The position numbers and the translations under genes are program-made. Under the pieces are notes generated by a model. It had not been told where the DNA came from. It was given only the letters and a program-made list of their open reading frames with translations, and made no database searches. A DNA stretch of 62,080 bases, the filler included, from Sphacelaria rigidula (Eukaryota), in assembly GCA_964200075.2 (NCBI GenBank). It is 9 parts of 9 records of this genome, joined end to end, with 100 filler letters (N's around TTAATTAATTAA, not from the genome) between each part and the next. Parts side by side here need not be neighbours in the genome. Positions count along the whole stretch, not along the records: positions 6,911 to 13,720 come from CAXNAA020017968.1; positions 13,821 to 20,629 come from CAXNAA020017969.1; positions 20,730 to 27,538 come from CAXNAA020017970.1; 6 more parts are not named here. One strand, written 5' to 3'. Shown in pieces: positions 13,030-27,075 of this stretch (within the stretch, counting starts at the first letter, position 1; each line of letters begins with the position of its first letter).

Positions 13030-13720
13030 GTACAGCTAAACGGCGTTCCCACAAGCTCTGAGAGGCCAGCATTTGCTCACACTTGATTTTAGAGTACAGC
13101 GACACGGTGTCATTCGGTCGTCCTCAGAAGCTCAGAGAGGCGAGCATTTCCTCTTACTCGATTTTAGAGTACAGCGAACGGGGTCATTTCGTTCTCTCAA
13201 GCTCCGACAAAGCAGCATTGCATGATTCCCTTCAGGAGGTTTCGGAGGTTTCGGGAGCATTGCTCCCACGGCAGTACTCTGCATGGTATTTTCCGCCTTC
13301 TTTCCTCGCCATGGCGGTAGACCCTTCGTGCGCCCATGTCACACCGCACACAGGACTGTCAGAATCGTTCCCAGAGGCTCTGAGATATGTGCACTTTTTC
13401 ACTTGCTTCTAGAATACGGTATAACGGGGTCTCTGAGAGGCCAGCGTTTACTCGCACTTGATTTTTGAGTACGGCGACACGGTGTCATTCGGTCGTCCTC
13501 AGAAGCTCAGAGAGACGAGCATTTGCTCTAACTTACAGCGAACGGGATCATTCCGTTCTCTCAAGCTCCGACAAAGCAGCATTGCATGATTCCCCTTCAG
13601 GAGGTTTCGGGAGCATCGCTCCCACGGCAGTGCTCTGCATGGTGTTTTCCGCCTTCTTTCCTCGCCATGGCGGTAGACCCTTCGTGCGCCCATGCCACAC
13701 GGCACACAGGACTGTCAGAA
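13030..13720 (+). repeat. Tandem repeat with a ~375-bp unit running into the contig end
   Basis: The unit start ctctgagaggccagc occurs at ~13057 and 13431. The downstream sequence is near-identical. Confidence 0.9.
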
Positions 13721-13820
13721 NNNNNNNNNNNNNNNNNNNNNNNNNNNNNNNNNNNNNNNNNNNNTTAATTAATTAANNNNNNNNNNNNNNNNNNNNNNNN
13801 NNNNNNNNNNNNNNNNNNNN

Positions 13821-13896
13821 AGTTGCTTTATTTTCCGGTATCGCCACTTCCAGAGACAGCCACGGCTTATACACTGCCTTGTGGGGTGTCTCACCT
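13821..13896 (-). mobile_element. SINE-like family A, extreme 5' end
   Basis: Matches 96-170. Confidence 0.8.
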
Positions 13897-15544
13897 ATCG
13901 CTGTCGTTTGGGGGTGACAAATATCCCCGCCACACCCTGTCTGCTACAAACCACAGAGGTTGGTGAGAGGGAGAAGTTCGCCTCTGCGGTTCCATGCGCG
14001 TTTCTGGTGTACGTATTATCATAGCTTCTGCTGGTCAGTTGGCCGGTGGGGATCAGGGGGAAATTTCCGCGAACCTCAGATACACAATCGAAACCCAACC
14101 CAACCCGATCACACCGCACGAGCCGCGCCTACAGCACGTACATCCCCAAACGAATAAATATCTGCAGCTGTTCAGCAACAACTGTGTGCTGCATTGGCTA
14201 CATATATGTGGTGCTATGGGCACGATTATTAAACTGTACTGTTGTACTCAGACGACAAAGCCCTGCTGGTCGTGGCTTGTGCACGATTATCGATAACGGG
14301 GGAGGTGCATCAGGTACTAGCCTACATCCATACATCGATAAAACATGCTATTTGCTATATCAGGGCAATTCTGGTGCTTGTTATACAGGAGTTCGGATGA
14401 TCTTTGATATATCGTGATATATCGACATATCACGATGCCAAATATCATATCAGGCCGGGTTTTCAGCCTGACACACACATCCCTAGTGGCAACGGCCTGT
14501 TTTTTGTAGGTGTTGTGCCTCCAGACCTAACAACTATTCCCATCCCAAGACAAAATGCTGTCCTTTTAGCATCCACCTAGGAGCCCCGGGGGCCCGGCAT
14601 TGTTTGACTGACTGCCCAGGTCCGAGTTGGACAAGCTTATGGTGGCGGTCGGGATGTTTTGGTTTGTTCGATAATAATACCACCCCTTTTGAAAAAGAGA
14701 GAGAGAGAGAGATTTAGGCCCGGAAGGGTCGTGCCACTCGTTTGCCGCGTGCAACAGTTTTTCGTGCCTGAGACCCGACGAGACACCACGGGCTGTGCCA
14801 ACTACAGGCTAGTAACCCTTCCCTCGAAAACTGTCGAAAACTGTCGATAATGAGGGAAAACGTTTCAAGTTTGGGACAAATCCTGTAGTACAGTACTTAC
14901 TGTCGCCAATGGCTATGGTATCTGGGGGGTACCGCCGCCCCCCTCCTCCCCTCGTGCTCCGTCTCGAAAGGGATGGGAGGGCAAAGCTCACAAGAAAAAG
15001 CCAAACAACCAAAGAGTATGCNNNNNNNNNNTTTGCTTCCGGTCGATAGGGCGGTTTGGTTATTGCTCCCATTCGCGAGTGGACGAACAATTGTTTTCGC
15101 CCCCCCCCCCCCCTCCTCCCCTCGTCAGGCAACGCCCATCATAAGCTGTTCCTAAAATCGAGGGGTTTGGGTGCTGGCCTGCATTTGATAGGGCACCCTA
15201 GTGCAGTACGGAATGTCGTCAGTACCTACAGTATCCGGGTTCACCACCCCTCAAAATGGCTGCATCCCCGTTACAAGATAAGTGTAGACATGCAAGTAGT
15301 GAAACCAACCGAGGTTCAAATCATGGTCTCGTGAGGTACGTGTGGGTGAACTCACGGCAGAGTTTGTGCGAGAGGATGACACGCGTGGGGATAAATACCA
15401 AGATGTTGTACACTGAAGTGCTTTTCTATGTTATCGTGCCAAACAACAAGTGTTTTACAACATTAGTGACAGCTTCTATCCCTAGTTTTGCTGTCAAAGC
15501 TGTTTTAGTCACATATCAGACTACTTCGCAAACGAAAAATTAAC

Positions 15545-15748
15545 AAGGGCAGGTCAAGTAGGGTATACTCAATTGCGGGGTATTTTTAAAGTCGTACTTC
15601 AAGTACTCAAATTGGGGTAGAGTCTTAGGAGCCGTACCCCAAAAAAATAAGTGGAAAGCGACCGCTAACACCCTACCCCAATTTGTGTACTTTACATACG
15701 ACTTTCAACATACCCCGCAATTCAGTTTACCCTACTCGACCTGCCCTT
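15545..15748. mobile_element. Hairpin-type MITE (~205 bp)
   Basis: AAGGGCAGGTCAAGTAGGGTA / TACCCTACTCGACCTGCCCTT. The imperfect inverted arms run ~85 nt. No clear TSD. Confidence 0.8.
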
Positions 15749-17999
15749 TTGAAAGAACCAAGGACGAGGCTACTAAACTATGAAGCAACTGAAAACAGTC
15801 ACTAATATATTATTCTGTAGTAGTGTGTAAACACTATAGCCGCATCGCCTGTATCCCTCATCCCCTGTAGCGCACAAGGTCCAGCAGATCCTAGGGCCGA
15901 AGCTCTTGAGGGTAGGGCGGCGCGTGCACTGCGCCAAGTTGACAGGGGATGTTTGGTGGATCGGACCCGCACACTGCCTTGAGCAAAGCTTGCGAACGCT
16001 CGAGGCGCCTACCCCACATGACTGCCGCGAAGCAGTCTAGCTGAGCCCCCGGGTAAACGACACACGAACCCGCTTGCGGGGTAAGTGTTGCGTCAGGCTT
16101 CCCCCTTCCTTCAAAGAAAAGAAAAAAACAGCAGATGATGATCCAGGAACTGGCATTCTTATACTTGCACGAAGATTTCACTGTAAGACTACCGCGAGTA
16201 TCTGACGAGAAAAGTCCCAGCCAGGAGCGGTACCACTCGAGGCTGGGGAGAAATCGAAATACCCCAAACGATTTTTTAGCTCTACTGCGGGCTGGTCCTA
16301 CTGCTCAAGACAAAAAGTGTACTCCGGTGAAACTTCACTGAAGGTTTGAAGATTGGGTCCTGAAACTTTGAGGAGACGTGACCATCGATCATTTGTGGGC
16401 CGGCGCTAGTGCCGCTTTTTCTTTGAGTGAGGTCCACTTGACTGGAACTTACAAACACGATTCCGTCCTTCCTTCTCCCCGTTTTTTTTACATTAAAATC
16501 CATCTGTTCAATATCTCCGGACCAAACCCGACCTCACCAACAATGTTGTTTATATACCATTATGCGTCTCCTGTCAAATTTCGGACTTTCAGTCCGTTGA
16601 CCGCCAACCTCCCCTCGGTACATGACAGTCCAGGGATATCCAGGGGTTTCCAGGTGGTGGGGGGGATGCTCATGAAAAAAGTGTTTTCGTCGTTTGGAAA
16701 AAATAGCTTTTTTGAACCCAAATGTGACACAGGTCATCGGGGTTCACCCGCGGGCGGTTCGCGTTCGAAGGGTTGGGGAGTTTTGTATCATGTATTGAAC
16801 ACGAAAATCTCGAGAAACGTGGCCTGGATTACGGCGGATGTGCCGTGCGATGGGAAGTGGTGATGCTGTGTTCGGATTGTTGGCAACCCTCCGACTGCCA
16901 CTGTGTGTGACCCGGGCCTCGCACACGTTTTTCGAGTGAAGATGGTGCCGGTTCAGCAGGTACATTATCCACCCTCGCCTCAAAACTTGAGCGGTACGGA
17001 CGGTGATTGTGGGCACAAGCCCAACAACTCCGGATTTTCATACGAGCTTTTTTACTCGGTTTTCATGCCATCGGGTTTACTGTGAATGCAGGGGAACCTT
17101 TGTGTGCGAATTCAGAGGAACTCGTGCACAGCAAATGCCTTTTTACTCAAGTGCCCAGGACAGCGCACCCGTTGACTGCGTGCAGTACGGTCGCTTCCCG
17201 AGAGTTGGATCTACCTTCGTGGGGGTCAGGACCAGGGTTAATAATAGCGTCCGAGTGTAATTGAGCCAATCTATGTAGACGATTAGGATGACTTGTTTTT
17301 GCGCCCGCTCGGGATATAGTGATGTTTGTACTTTCACCACATCATGACTTTGTGAATAATGAAGTCTCAAATTCCCCGAGAAACAAATAGCTGCGATTTG
17401 ATCGCGAACACGATTTATTGCTCAGTTCACGACATATAATATAGGTTTAAATGTAGGTTTTGGTTCCGTATGCGCGCATAAGCTTTAGCCTAATATGGGA
17501 GGTTTTTGAGCTTATATAGGCCTTTTTATCGCAAAGCTTATAATTAGCTTAATATGCTTGAAACATGCTTGGAAAGCGCATCCAGTTGCGTTTTTGTTTT
17601 TTGCGCCTCCTGTAGCTAGCTGCCCGCACGTGCTCCATGTGGCGTGCCTCGTCACCAGACAGGCCGACAGGCTTCAGGCTTCAATACTCCAAACTTCCAT
17701 GGTCGTGTTTCGTGTTCCTATTTTGTTGCGGGTCTGATCAGCAAAACGTTCCATTTTGTACTCTTCGTACATGATACTGTGATGTTTTTTTGAATGTGAC
17801 TGAGACGAGATCTTGAATGTCGACTGACGGTAGATGATGGGGGGGAGAGGTGGTAGATTGTAGCTTGTAGCTTGCCGGGCGAGAGACCAAAGGCTGCAAC
17901 GCCCTGTGTCCAGAGGCTACAATGCCCTACTGCTGTATCATGTATCATGAGTGTAGTGGCATTCATTCGTTGTTTTCGTACGCGGGTTAGGGTGTAGGT

Positions 18000-18840
18000 G
18001 TGCAGGTTGGGGCCTTCAAACTCGATGACTGAAGAAAAACTTCATTTTTTAATGAAAACTAAACATCAAAACTTCTAATGCCCAACTTTTCGTCTTGTCC
18101 TCATGCTAAAAGGCGCAGGGGATACTGCCACAACGCCACAGGGACGGGAATAAGGCGCATAGAGCAGCGCCTAATTTGCGCTAAAAAAACTTGAAGTGAC
18201 GCTAAAAAAACAAGAAAAAGTTTACAAAAAATATATATTAGAACTTAATCCTATCGGCACCGGGCATTCAGAACGACCAATGAGGCTGGTTAGGAATGGC
18301 GTGTCTGGCGTCTGCACGAAACAGTGGCGTGTTGCTGATAATCCGCGTATGTGGCCGCAGGGTCATGACGAAGGAAGAAAGTTTCATCCAATCTGTTCTC
18401 AGGTGCAGGGTGTGCATTAGGTAGCGTACATCTGATGTAGCAAGCAGTATGGGTCGCGGTAGAGAGCTTCCAATACGATGCAGCGACCGGCGGGCCGCCC
18501 GCCTCTTGTGGCTTTGGATGATACTTTTGTCCCCCATCACGTTGCCACACAGCCCTTTGTGGTCGGGGTGGGCCGCGGTTTCCCTCTTTGTTGCATGCGG
18601 CGCATTCTCTTCGAAGGGTATCGGCGTTGCGGCGCGCATACACACAGTATAGTACGGTACAACAGTGCAGTGCGCCTCCCCGACTGCAGCAGCAGCTGCC
18701 GCTGCATACTCCCTTGCACGTTCTGGGCAATTCTCAGCCACCGAGATCAACTGCCTATACACCGCTTCTTCATCCCCGCCCGCCACATACATGTTAACTG
18801 CACACTGCAAGTCATCGGCAGAGGGATCAGCAGAATTCAT
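18000..18840 (-). pseudogene. Possible decayed PIF/Harbinger-like transposase N-terminal region
   Basis: HLRTDWMKLSSFVMTLRPH...FRADARHAIP resembles the N-terminal FRM..TF..L..L.P..R.AI pattern. Frames are broken downstream and no DDE motif is visible. Confidence 0.25.
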
Positions 18841-19568
18841 GATGATAGCTCCTTTTGTCTTTCTCCGGCCCAGTTGGGTTTAGTGCCTCGTGAAAATGAC
18901 CACATGGTGGCATGTACACTCCTTCCCGTTTTTTTCGGTCCGCCCTGTGTTAGTGTAAATTACCACGTTTTAGTATAGAAATGGGACCCAAAAAACACTT
19001 CGGAAAAACTCGGGAACGCTGTAATGAGTGCAAGTAATACCATAAAACCAAGCAGCGACCACCCTGCACTTGAAAACCCGGGGAGGCTTATTTGGGCCAG
19101 GATAGGGCCCCCACACGATCTTTGCAGTGGCCGACAACAATCCCCGCGCTGGTCGTTCGGTTCTGGTCGATAAATTTCGCCTCGCCGTGATTGGGCAGGT
19201 CGCTCGAAGACTTATTTTTATTACACAATTCGCGCATGCAGGACTGAAGCCTATCAAAATGGCAGTGTGTTGCGGTGTGCGAGTGTGTGAGAGAGAAAGC
19301 TCCCGTCACGTTGGCGGCGAAGGACGTGTCCATACACGGAGACCCGCACGTGGCAGCGAGATAACATGCAGTAGTTAGTATTTCAAAGACAGCCGTGTGG
19401 TTTTGTTGATGTGACGCTGGCTGCACTCAGTAACTAATTATCATCAAAAATATTATTTTCGATTAGATACAGGTACGTTGACGTGATCTGCAGAAAAAAG
19501 CGCGTGGCCGATAACGACGAAACGACAAATGTACCAAAAAAAATATAAACGGAATTATGGACTGTGCT

Positions 19569-20058
19569 GAGGCCGCCCCTTATGGCAGACGAAAATAAAA
19601 ATCTGGAAAAGTGCTTTTTCGGAGTTTTTTCGGAGTTTTACGCCCCCAAAAGGGCGCTAGGCGGATTCTGACACCTTGGAATGCTTTGCTCTACTCGTTG
19701 AGACGGTTCCAGCACACCTGTGTGTTTTTCCGGTGGCCGCAGTTTTTTTCTTGCCCAAACTTGCATTTTTATCGGAGACCGCTCATTTTTATCGGAGACC
19801 GCTCATTTTTATCGGAGACGCGGTCAAGTCCAGACAAATTTCGCCTCCGATGAAAATGCAAGTTCGGGCAAGAAAAAACTGCGGCCACCGGAAGAAATGC
19901 GTAGGTATGCTGGAACCGTCTCAACGAGTAGAGCGAGGCATTCCAAGGTGTCAAAATCCGCATACTCGCACCTCTCTTTTAAGGCGTAAAACGACGTAAA
20001 AGCTCCAAAAGGGCACTTTTCCGGATTTTCATCTTCGTACGCCATGAGGAGCGGCCTG
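19569..20058. mobile_element. Foldback MITE (~490 bp) with a central ~3x20-bp tandem; diverged relative near 39570-39760
   Basis: Inverted arms of ~200 nt (GAGGCCGCCCCTTATGGC / GCCATGAGGAGCGGCCTG). CATTTTTATCGGAGAC occurs three times in the centre. Confidence 0.9.
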
Positions 20059-20805
20059 GAGGGGTACTGAAATATAAAGTGAACGAAATGGGAGAAAATA
20101 GACCTGGGCACGATGCAGCAACGGTCCAATGGAAGAAAGGCAGTACTCCGCCGCGCCACAGTACAGACGGTAGTCACAGCTGCAGGAGACAGCTCTGCAG
20201 TACACGCATGCACGCACAAACGACAGCACCATGCCACATTGAAGAAAGGTGGCCTTAACAGAGCAGCACTGGAGCTCCTAATTATTTTCATTCCCCGATG
20301 AGGTATGGTGTACCTTCGCGGGGCTCGACGGAAAAACAAATGTACTCTCGTTTCATTTCAACGAAATGGTGTGCTGTCAGGACTCTAATTTCAAGTGAGT
20401 GAAATGCTGCCCTGTGAGGTCAGAAGAGCTCGTGGAAGTTCCAGAATGATGCCCTGTGCGACGTCGAGAGGAAGTTCGCCTGGGCCCCCCCGAAAATTCG
20501 AATGTCTTAAGAGGTCGACCCTTAGACAGCGACCCCCCCCCCCCCCCCCCCCCCCCCCCGCCCGACACAAACCCCCGGACGCCCCCCGGCGCGCCGTCAG
20601 CGGGCGACCCCGCTACGGCTGCATCACCANNNNNNNNNNNNNNNNNNNNNNNNNNNNNNNNNNNNNNNNNNNNTTAATTAATTAANNNNNNNNNNNNNNN
20701 NNNNNNNNNNNNNNNNNNNNNNNNNNNNNTGCTCCGTCCCGGCATTGTAGGGATGCGAGGTCAATGGTCTCATGACTATGGCATGCATGATCATGAGTAC
20801 GGGGG

Positions 20806-21440
20806 AGCCAACTCCGGCCATCTCCTCCAACGCCGCGGAAGCGCAGACCACAGACAATCTCACGAAAGCGGAGGATGTCTGGCGATTCGCTCGAACCGTC
20901 GAACCAATGGCTTCGTTCGACAGCAGCGGACTATTCGGAGCCTTCCAGGAGTTTGATGACGGGGAGGCTGGAGGGTCGGCACTCATGAGGGAAGAAGAAC
21001 CAGTCGAGGGACTACGACTGCGTGGCAGAGCCAGCATAACTTCTGGCGGTCAGCTAACCAGTACATTGGTGATAGCGGCAGTAATACACTGTGTCTAGCT
21101 GGCGTTCGTTAGCTTGTTGTGTCACCGCCAAAAATCGAATAACATTAGCCCGCCTGAAATGATTGGCGTCAGTACCAACGAGAAGGATGGGGTGGCTCTC
21201 GCAGCGGGGCTGACCACGGGAGAATGGAACGGTGGTCACAATCGTACTGGCAGTGTGATGGTGGGCTGTGGGGCGTCGGGACACTACTTCGACGATGCCA
21301 TCGTTTCTGGACTGACATATAAGCGCTTCAACTACCACGAGTTGCCTGCACTCCGGGACACCACAACCGCAGGAGGACATCACCTGGTGGGAGTTGACCC
21401 GGACTGCTGTACGGGCATATCATCGACAGCGAAGGGATGA
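20806..21440 (+). mobile_element. Decayed Ty1/copia gag-protease fragment
   Basis: SVMVGCGASGHYFDDAIVSGLTYKRFNYHEL...TTAGGHHLVGV matches the copia aspartic-protease pattern, with catalytic DSG changed to GCG. In-frame stop at 21096-21098. Confidence 0.7.
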
Positions 21441-21574
21441 AACGCCTGATCTAAATCTCGTTTTTGATCTTGCTTGGTTCGGAGCGCAACCTTCTCTTGG
21501 TGAAGCAAGTGACTCGAAATTTAGTTGTATCCATCTTCGGGGGCAATTGCCTGACACCGGTATATCGCCTGCTT

Positions 21575-23170
21575 TTTCGCCAAAAACTGGTATCGATGAA
21601 AATTCACCGCAGAAATGCAACAAATACAGCCGCCTGATTGGCCAAATCACGCTGCCAATGAATTCTGGCGGAAGACACGCGCGGTGTACCTGTTCGTGAC
21701 AACTCAATCTGGCTTTCAACGATTCTCAGCGACGACTTCACTTGGTTTGGTGATTGAAGGGCCTGACCGCATGTTCCCGGCCAACCCCAGAACATGTACA
21801 CGTCACCACACTCTTTGTTTCCTTTCGGTGGCGGACCGCTGAATATCGGGAGTTGACACTTTCTACGATAGCCCCCCCCCCAAAAAAGTGCATGGTTTTG
21901 GGAGGCGAAATCTTGACGTAAATCGAAATGGGAAAAGCCGAGCACAATGAGAAGCTGGGAATTCCCACGCTTGGGTTTGTTCTGGCCAATGTCGCCAATA
22001 TGAGGCGCTTCATGCAGCCTGAACCCGAATATCAGGCGCTGTAAGGCCATTTTCTTTGTGGCACTTTCAGCTGGTTTCGGGGGGAGCTATCGTACAAAAT
22101 GTCAGTTTTGTTTTGTCATTCCAATTACCACCATTCCAATTCGCACGACGGTCACTACCCACATTCATTCCGCTGTTCCACAGGTTCGACGTGGACGGGC
22201 GAATGAATCACAGTGGAGCAAAACCGCAGTTAGTCGAAACCAGAACGTACCGCCATCCTAGCAGCAACATCAATAGTACGAGTAGAACATGTCACAGCCA
22301 GGGATGAATGAAGCAAATACACACACAACATCGATTTTAGTCCCGATGGGCGCTGCATGCGCAGCCACCGCTCGTTTTCGCAGCAGACGACGACCCTCAC
22401 ACGGGAATCTCTGCCTATTCGGGTTTTGCTCTGTTTCGGCTGGGCCTGGAATTGTCTACCGTCTGTTGTACGCATTGATCTACACCCGTCAGATCGTTAC
22501 CCACAAGAGGGGGCCATGGCCACCCGGTCGGCAGTTCTCTCAAGCTGCGCGCTTGCTGTCGCTGCCTGTGTGTGCACCATACTCCGACACGTGTGTGTGT
22601 ACCTTTTCTGGCTGCACACTGACGCGCTTTGACGTCAGTCGTAAATATCTGAATAGAGTCCTACGTTTTGTGGATGAACACAAGTCAGGTGATGCTTCCA
22701 TCCCTTTTCCCTTGGCTGACTCGACACCCCTCGCCAGCGGAGTGCAGTCAGTGAGTGACATGTACATTGTGGTTTTGCGCCGCTGTGACTAATTTGCCCG
22801 TCCACGTCGAACCTGTAGAACAGCGGCGTGATTGTGGGTAGAAAACATCGTGCGGATTGGGATGGTGATATTCGGAATGATAAAACAAGACTCCTGATAT
22901 TTAGCGGTCAGCCACCGACAGGAAACAGAGAGTATTGTGACGTGTACATGTTCTGGGGTTGGCCGGGAACATGCGGTCAGGCCCTTCGATGGCCAAAACC
23001 CAGTGAAGTCGTCGCCGAAAACCGGTGAAAACCAAATGAGTTGTCACGAGCAGGTCCACCGCGCGTGCCTCTCGCCAAAATCTATCGGCAGCGTGATTTG
23101 GCCGATCAGACGGCTGTATTTGTCGCACTTCTGGAGTGAAGTTTCAGCTATACCGGATTTTGGCAAAAAC
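21575..23170. repeat. Large imperfect inverted repeat (21575-21856 vs 22889-23170; inner pair 22170-22204 vs 22792-22826)
   Basis: The arms give near-identical pseudo-translations on opposite strands (IEGPDRMFPANPRTCTRH). Segment 21870-22055 is also homologous to 48030-48215 in reverse orientation. Confidence 0.85.
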
Positions 23171-24618
23171 TCAGCCGGGAAACGACTTCTTCTCATCGTT
23201 GGAACTCATCAGCGGAAGCGGTGTCAGTCTGCCGACCTTTCCCTAGGGGGAAGTGATGTTCACCTCAGCGTATCCTAGAAAGAGAGGGCCGCATTCCGCG
23301 GTTGGCAGACACTCTTCGCGCAAGAGGCTGAGGAGGGCGGATTCAGATGTAGGGCAACGTAGCGCGAGGTCTTTTGTACATATCGAGAGGCCTACCCACT
23401 AATTGCCCCCAGAACAGTGAAATAACAATTCGTTGGGTACAGCAACGATAGCAAGAGCCACCGCGTCGACAACCCGGCCAACCGACGTATCATAGAAAGC
23501 AGAAACAGCGTGTTCATCGAGACGCTGTCACGACGTGCGCAGACCGAGGAGCCGCAGCTTCTGATATACCCACTTCCACCCAGCGACGAAAAGCCCAGCG
23601 ATACTTGGGCTCACAACTATGCCAAACAATGTTTCCGTGAGATTGAGAGTGACAGATTGAGTTGAGAGTCAACAATTTATTCGGAGAACGTTCACATGCA
23701 CTTTTCAAGCTGTTGCACGACACGTTGACGTGTAGCATAGCAAGAGGCTAGTTAACGTCGTCAGGCTATGATACAGAAGGGTTGACACAATTTTACAAGT
23801 ATCGCTACCCCTAACCCGGACCCAACCCAACGCATACCGAGAACCCTTGGTCAAAGGTGGAACAGACATTTCCTAGGCATAGTGCGGCCTTGGTAGACCC
23901 CAAATCGGCGCCCGTGGCGACGATTTCAACGAAAACGCGTTCTGTGCACGCGAGGAGCACACGGGACTGCCAGCTCCACTAAAATTCCGAATCTAGTCGT
24001 TGACACTCAAATCAAGTAATATCAGCCATTTTGAAATGTAGCCCAACGCCGGTAAACTCTACTGGGTCGACGTTTCATTATATTCAACAAGCTTAATGAC
24101 AACGAAATGCGCACAGTCGGTGATTTGTGTAGACCAAGCCTTCTATCGAGGGGGGGGCATGGATAGGATAGAGGTGAAATTTACTGCTACATGCCGAACA
24201 TCAGTTGGTCCCGACGTCCCACTCTCCAAGTACGGGGGAGGTGGGACAGGAGCGGTGGTATAGACGAGGCAATTTAATCATCGTCGTTTACACTCAAATC
24301 GAGTATTATGAACCATTTTAAAACGTAGCCCAACGCCGGTAAACTCTACTGCAGTGCAATGGAGTTTACCGGCGTTGGGCTACGTTTCAAAATGGCTGAT
24401 ATTACTTGATTTGAGTGTCAACGACTAGATTCGGAATTTTAGTGGAACTGACAGTCCTGTGTGCTCCTCGCGCGCACAGAACGCGTTTCTCGTTGAGATC
24501 GGCGCCACGGGCGCCGATTTGGGGTCTACCAAGGCCGCACTTTGCCTAGGGAATGTATGTTCCGCCCTTGCCCGAGGGTTCCCGGTATGCGTTAGGTTGG
24601 GGTAAGGGTTAACGGTAG

Positions 24619-24843
24619 CACACGTAAGACAACTCATGAGTTAACTGAGTTCTGTTGTGTGACCCATCCAGTGGAAAACGTACCGCTGGGTTATACCATA
24701 TAACTCATCTGGTGGAGAATTGTACCGCTGAGCTTAACCATATAGCTCTGCCAGTGGAAATAGAAACCGCTGAGTTATACAGTATATCTGAACAGCTGGG
24801 TTGTCCGAAAAAGAGTTAGATTAGATGAGTTGTCCGACGTGTG
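24619..24843. mobile_element. MITE with CACACG termini nested in an internal arm copy
   Basis: CACACGTAAGACAACTCAT / ATGAGTTGTCCGACGTGTG, with three ~40-bp internal repeats (gtggaaa..accgctg.gttatac). The host arm resumes at 24844. Confidence 0.8.
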
Positions 24844-25500
24844 AAGGGTAGCGATACTCGCAAAATTGTATCGACCATTTTAAGACGTAGCCCAACGACG
24901 GTTAACTAGCCTCCATCGATTGGCCGCTTCCTTGGTAATCGGCAGTGACGTCGCCGCCTATGTTCCCAATAGTAGACTGAAGGCTTATGCCAACTGGTTA
25001 CGAACATCTCCTACGTGCTCTAGTTCGAATGAGAGATATTGGTATGGTCAACGTACACGCAGTACATATTGCTCCAAGAAATCAAACATGCTTCATCGAC
25101 AGCCACCCAATAGGTTGCTTCGTGAAATCCCCGTGTCATGACGAAGATATTCCGATTATTATGTACAATGAGAGGGTACCCCACCGGTCAGGTACTATTT
25201 CCATCAACCGGACGGTCACTGTCGTCAGTTTTTCCTTTCAAAGAGAAAAACATTCGCGCTCCGGACCACAAGGATTGGATTTTCATTGGTTCCGATTAGT
25301 TTCTGAGCCGTCGTCGGGCTTTCTCATATATGGTTGCACACACAAACCACATGTTGTTGCCAGGTGGCTGATGCAGGTGCAGTGGCCGTTAGCATTATTT
25401 CAAATCTCGGACCATTCGAGCCGGAACTCAATGGTTGGGACCTACATTACAGTCTGCGAAGATGTCAACAGTCGCATGCGATAACGAACCCGGACTACTG

Positions 25501-26626
25501 CACGGTTAGGACAAATCAAAATTTATACGACTTGACTCCTCACGATATGACAGGGGTCAACCTGTATTCAAGTGTTAGTCCCGCATGCACCCAACGGTGA
25601 ATAACATATATATGCAGTATAGCCATCTCAACCGCATACAAATTCGGAAAAAAGTACGACCGATGCAAAAGCCATGTCATGCCAGGATACAACGATGTGC
25701 CGACTCTTCGTCCCGCGAGGAGACACACGCATGACACAGATGTAGATGTTATTCACGCCTCATTGTAAGTGTGGGTGGCATGTACAATCGATCCATTCCG
25801 CATTTTTCTACAGGGGGTCAACATGTGTACATGACTTACCCCCTATGACCCAAATGGTAGGAAACAGGTGCCGTTGACGGTGTACTGTACGACACAAGAG
25901 CTCAAAAATGATGTACGATTTGTGTGATTTATTCGTTGAAATGACGAGCATGAGTTGAACCACGATGAATAACGTTTTTTGTTTCTTTTCGTCCTAACCG
26001 TGGTTGGTTTCCGTCGATTTTTCTCTCTACAAAAATTCGGAGAAAGTACGCGTCTGTTGCACCCTAACAAATGAGCGGTTTGAGTTTGACAACGAGTGTA
26101 CTGCCGCAAACACCCGAGCTCGGCTTTGCACGGTTAGGACGAATCACGGTTTATACGAGCTTACTCCTCATGATATGACAGAGGTCAACCTGTATTCAAG
26201 TGTTGGTCCCGCATGCACCCAACGGTGAATAACATATGCAGTGCAGTCATCTCAACCGCATACAAATTCGGAAAAAAGTACGACCGATGTAAACGCCATG
26301 TCATGACAGGATACAACGATGTGCCGACCCTTCGTCCCGCACGGAGACACACGCATGACATAGATGTAGATGCCACTCACGCCTCATGGTAAGTGTGGGT
26401 AGCATGTACAATCGATCCATTCCGCATTTTTCTACAGGGGATCAACATGTTTGTGCATGGCCTACCCCCTATGACCCAAATGGTAGGAAACGGGTGCCGT
26501 TGACGGTGTACTGTACGACACAAGAGCTCAAAACCTGTATAAATTACAAATGATGTATGACCCGTATAATTTATTCGTTGAAATGATGAACATGAGTTGA
26601 CTCACGATTTATTTGTCCTAACCGTG
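25501..26626 (+). mobile_element. Two direct copies of a ~500-bp MITE with CACGGTTAGGAC termini (25501-26002, 26129-26626); a further right end at ~55320-55333
   Basis: Each copy starts CACGGTTAGGAC and ends GTCCTAACCGTG. The bodies are highly similar. Confidence 0.9.
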
Positions 26627-27075
26627 AACTACTGTGACTCACGACGTGTCGTGTATTTTCTCGACAGACATCACACGCGAGTCATCAACCGGCGCATTTA
26701 GCCTTGATACTCTCCCGTCTCGGGCTCGTGAACCCTATCCTAGGGTCATCTGCTGACAATTTATTTCAGTAGAGTTTATCGGCGTTGGACTACGTTTTAG
26801 AATGATACATATCACTTGATTTGAGTGTCAACGACGAGATTCGGAATTTTAGTGAAACTGACAGTTCCGTGTGGTCCTCGCGTGCATAGGTCGTGTTTTC
26901 GTCAAATTCGGCGTCACAGGCGCCGATTTGGGGTCTACCAAGGCCGCACTTTGCCTAGGGAATGTCTGTTCCGCCCTTGAACGAGGGTTCTCGGCATGCG
27001 TTGGGTTAGGGTTCGGGGTAGCGATACTTGTAAACATTTGTCAACCCTTCTAAAACATAGCCTGACGACGGTTAA

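Noticed and set aside
15871..16080. Exon bounded by CTGTAG and GTAAGT
   Set aside because: The most coding-like frame has an internal TAG, and I recognise no protein.
24940..25480. Transposase or RNase H coding relic inside the foldback element
   Set aside because: Only a vague YVDH-like motif with stops in all frames; not supportable.
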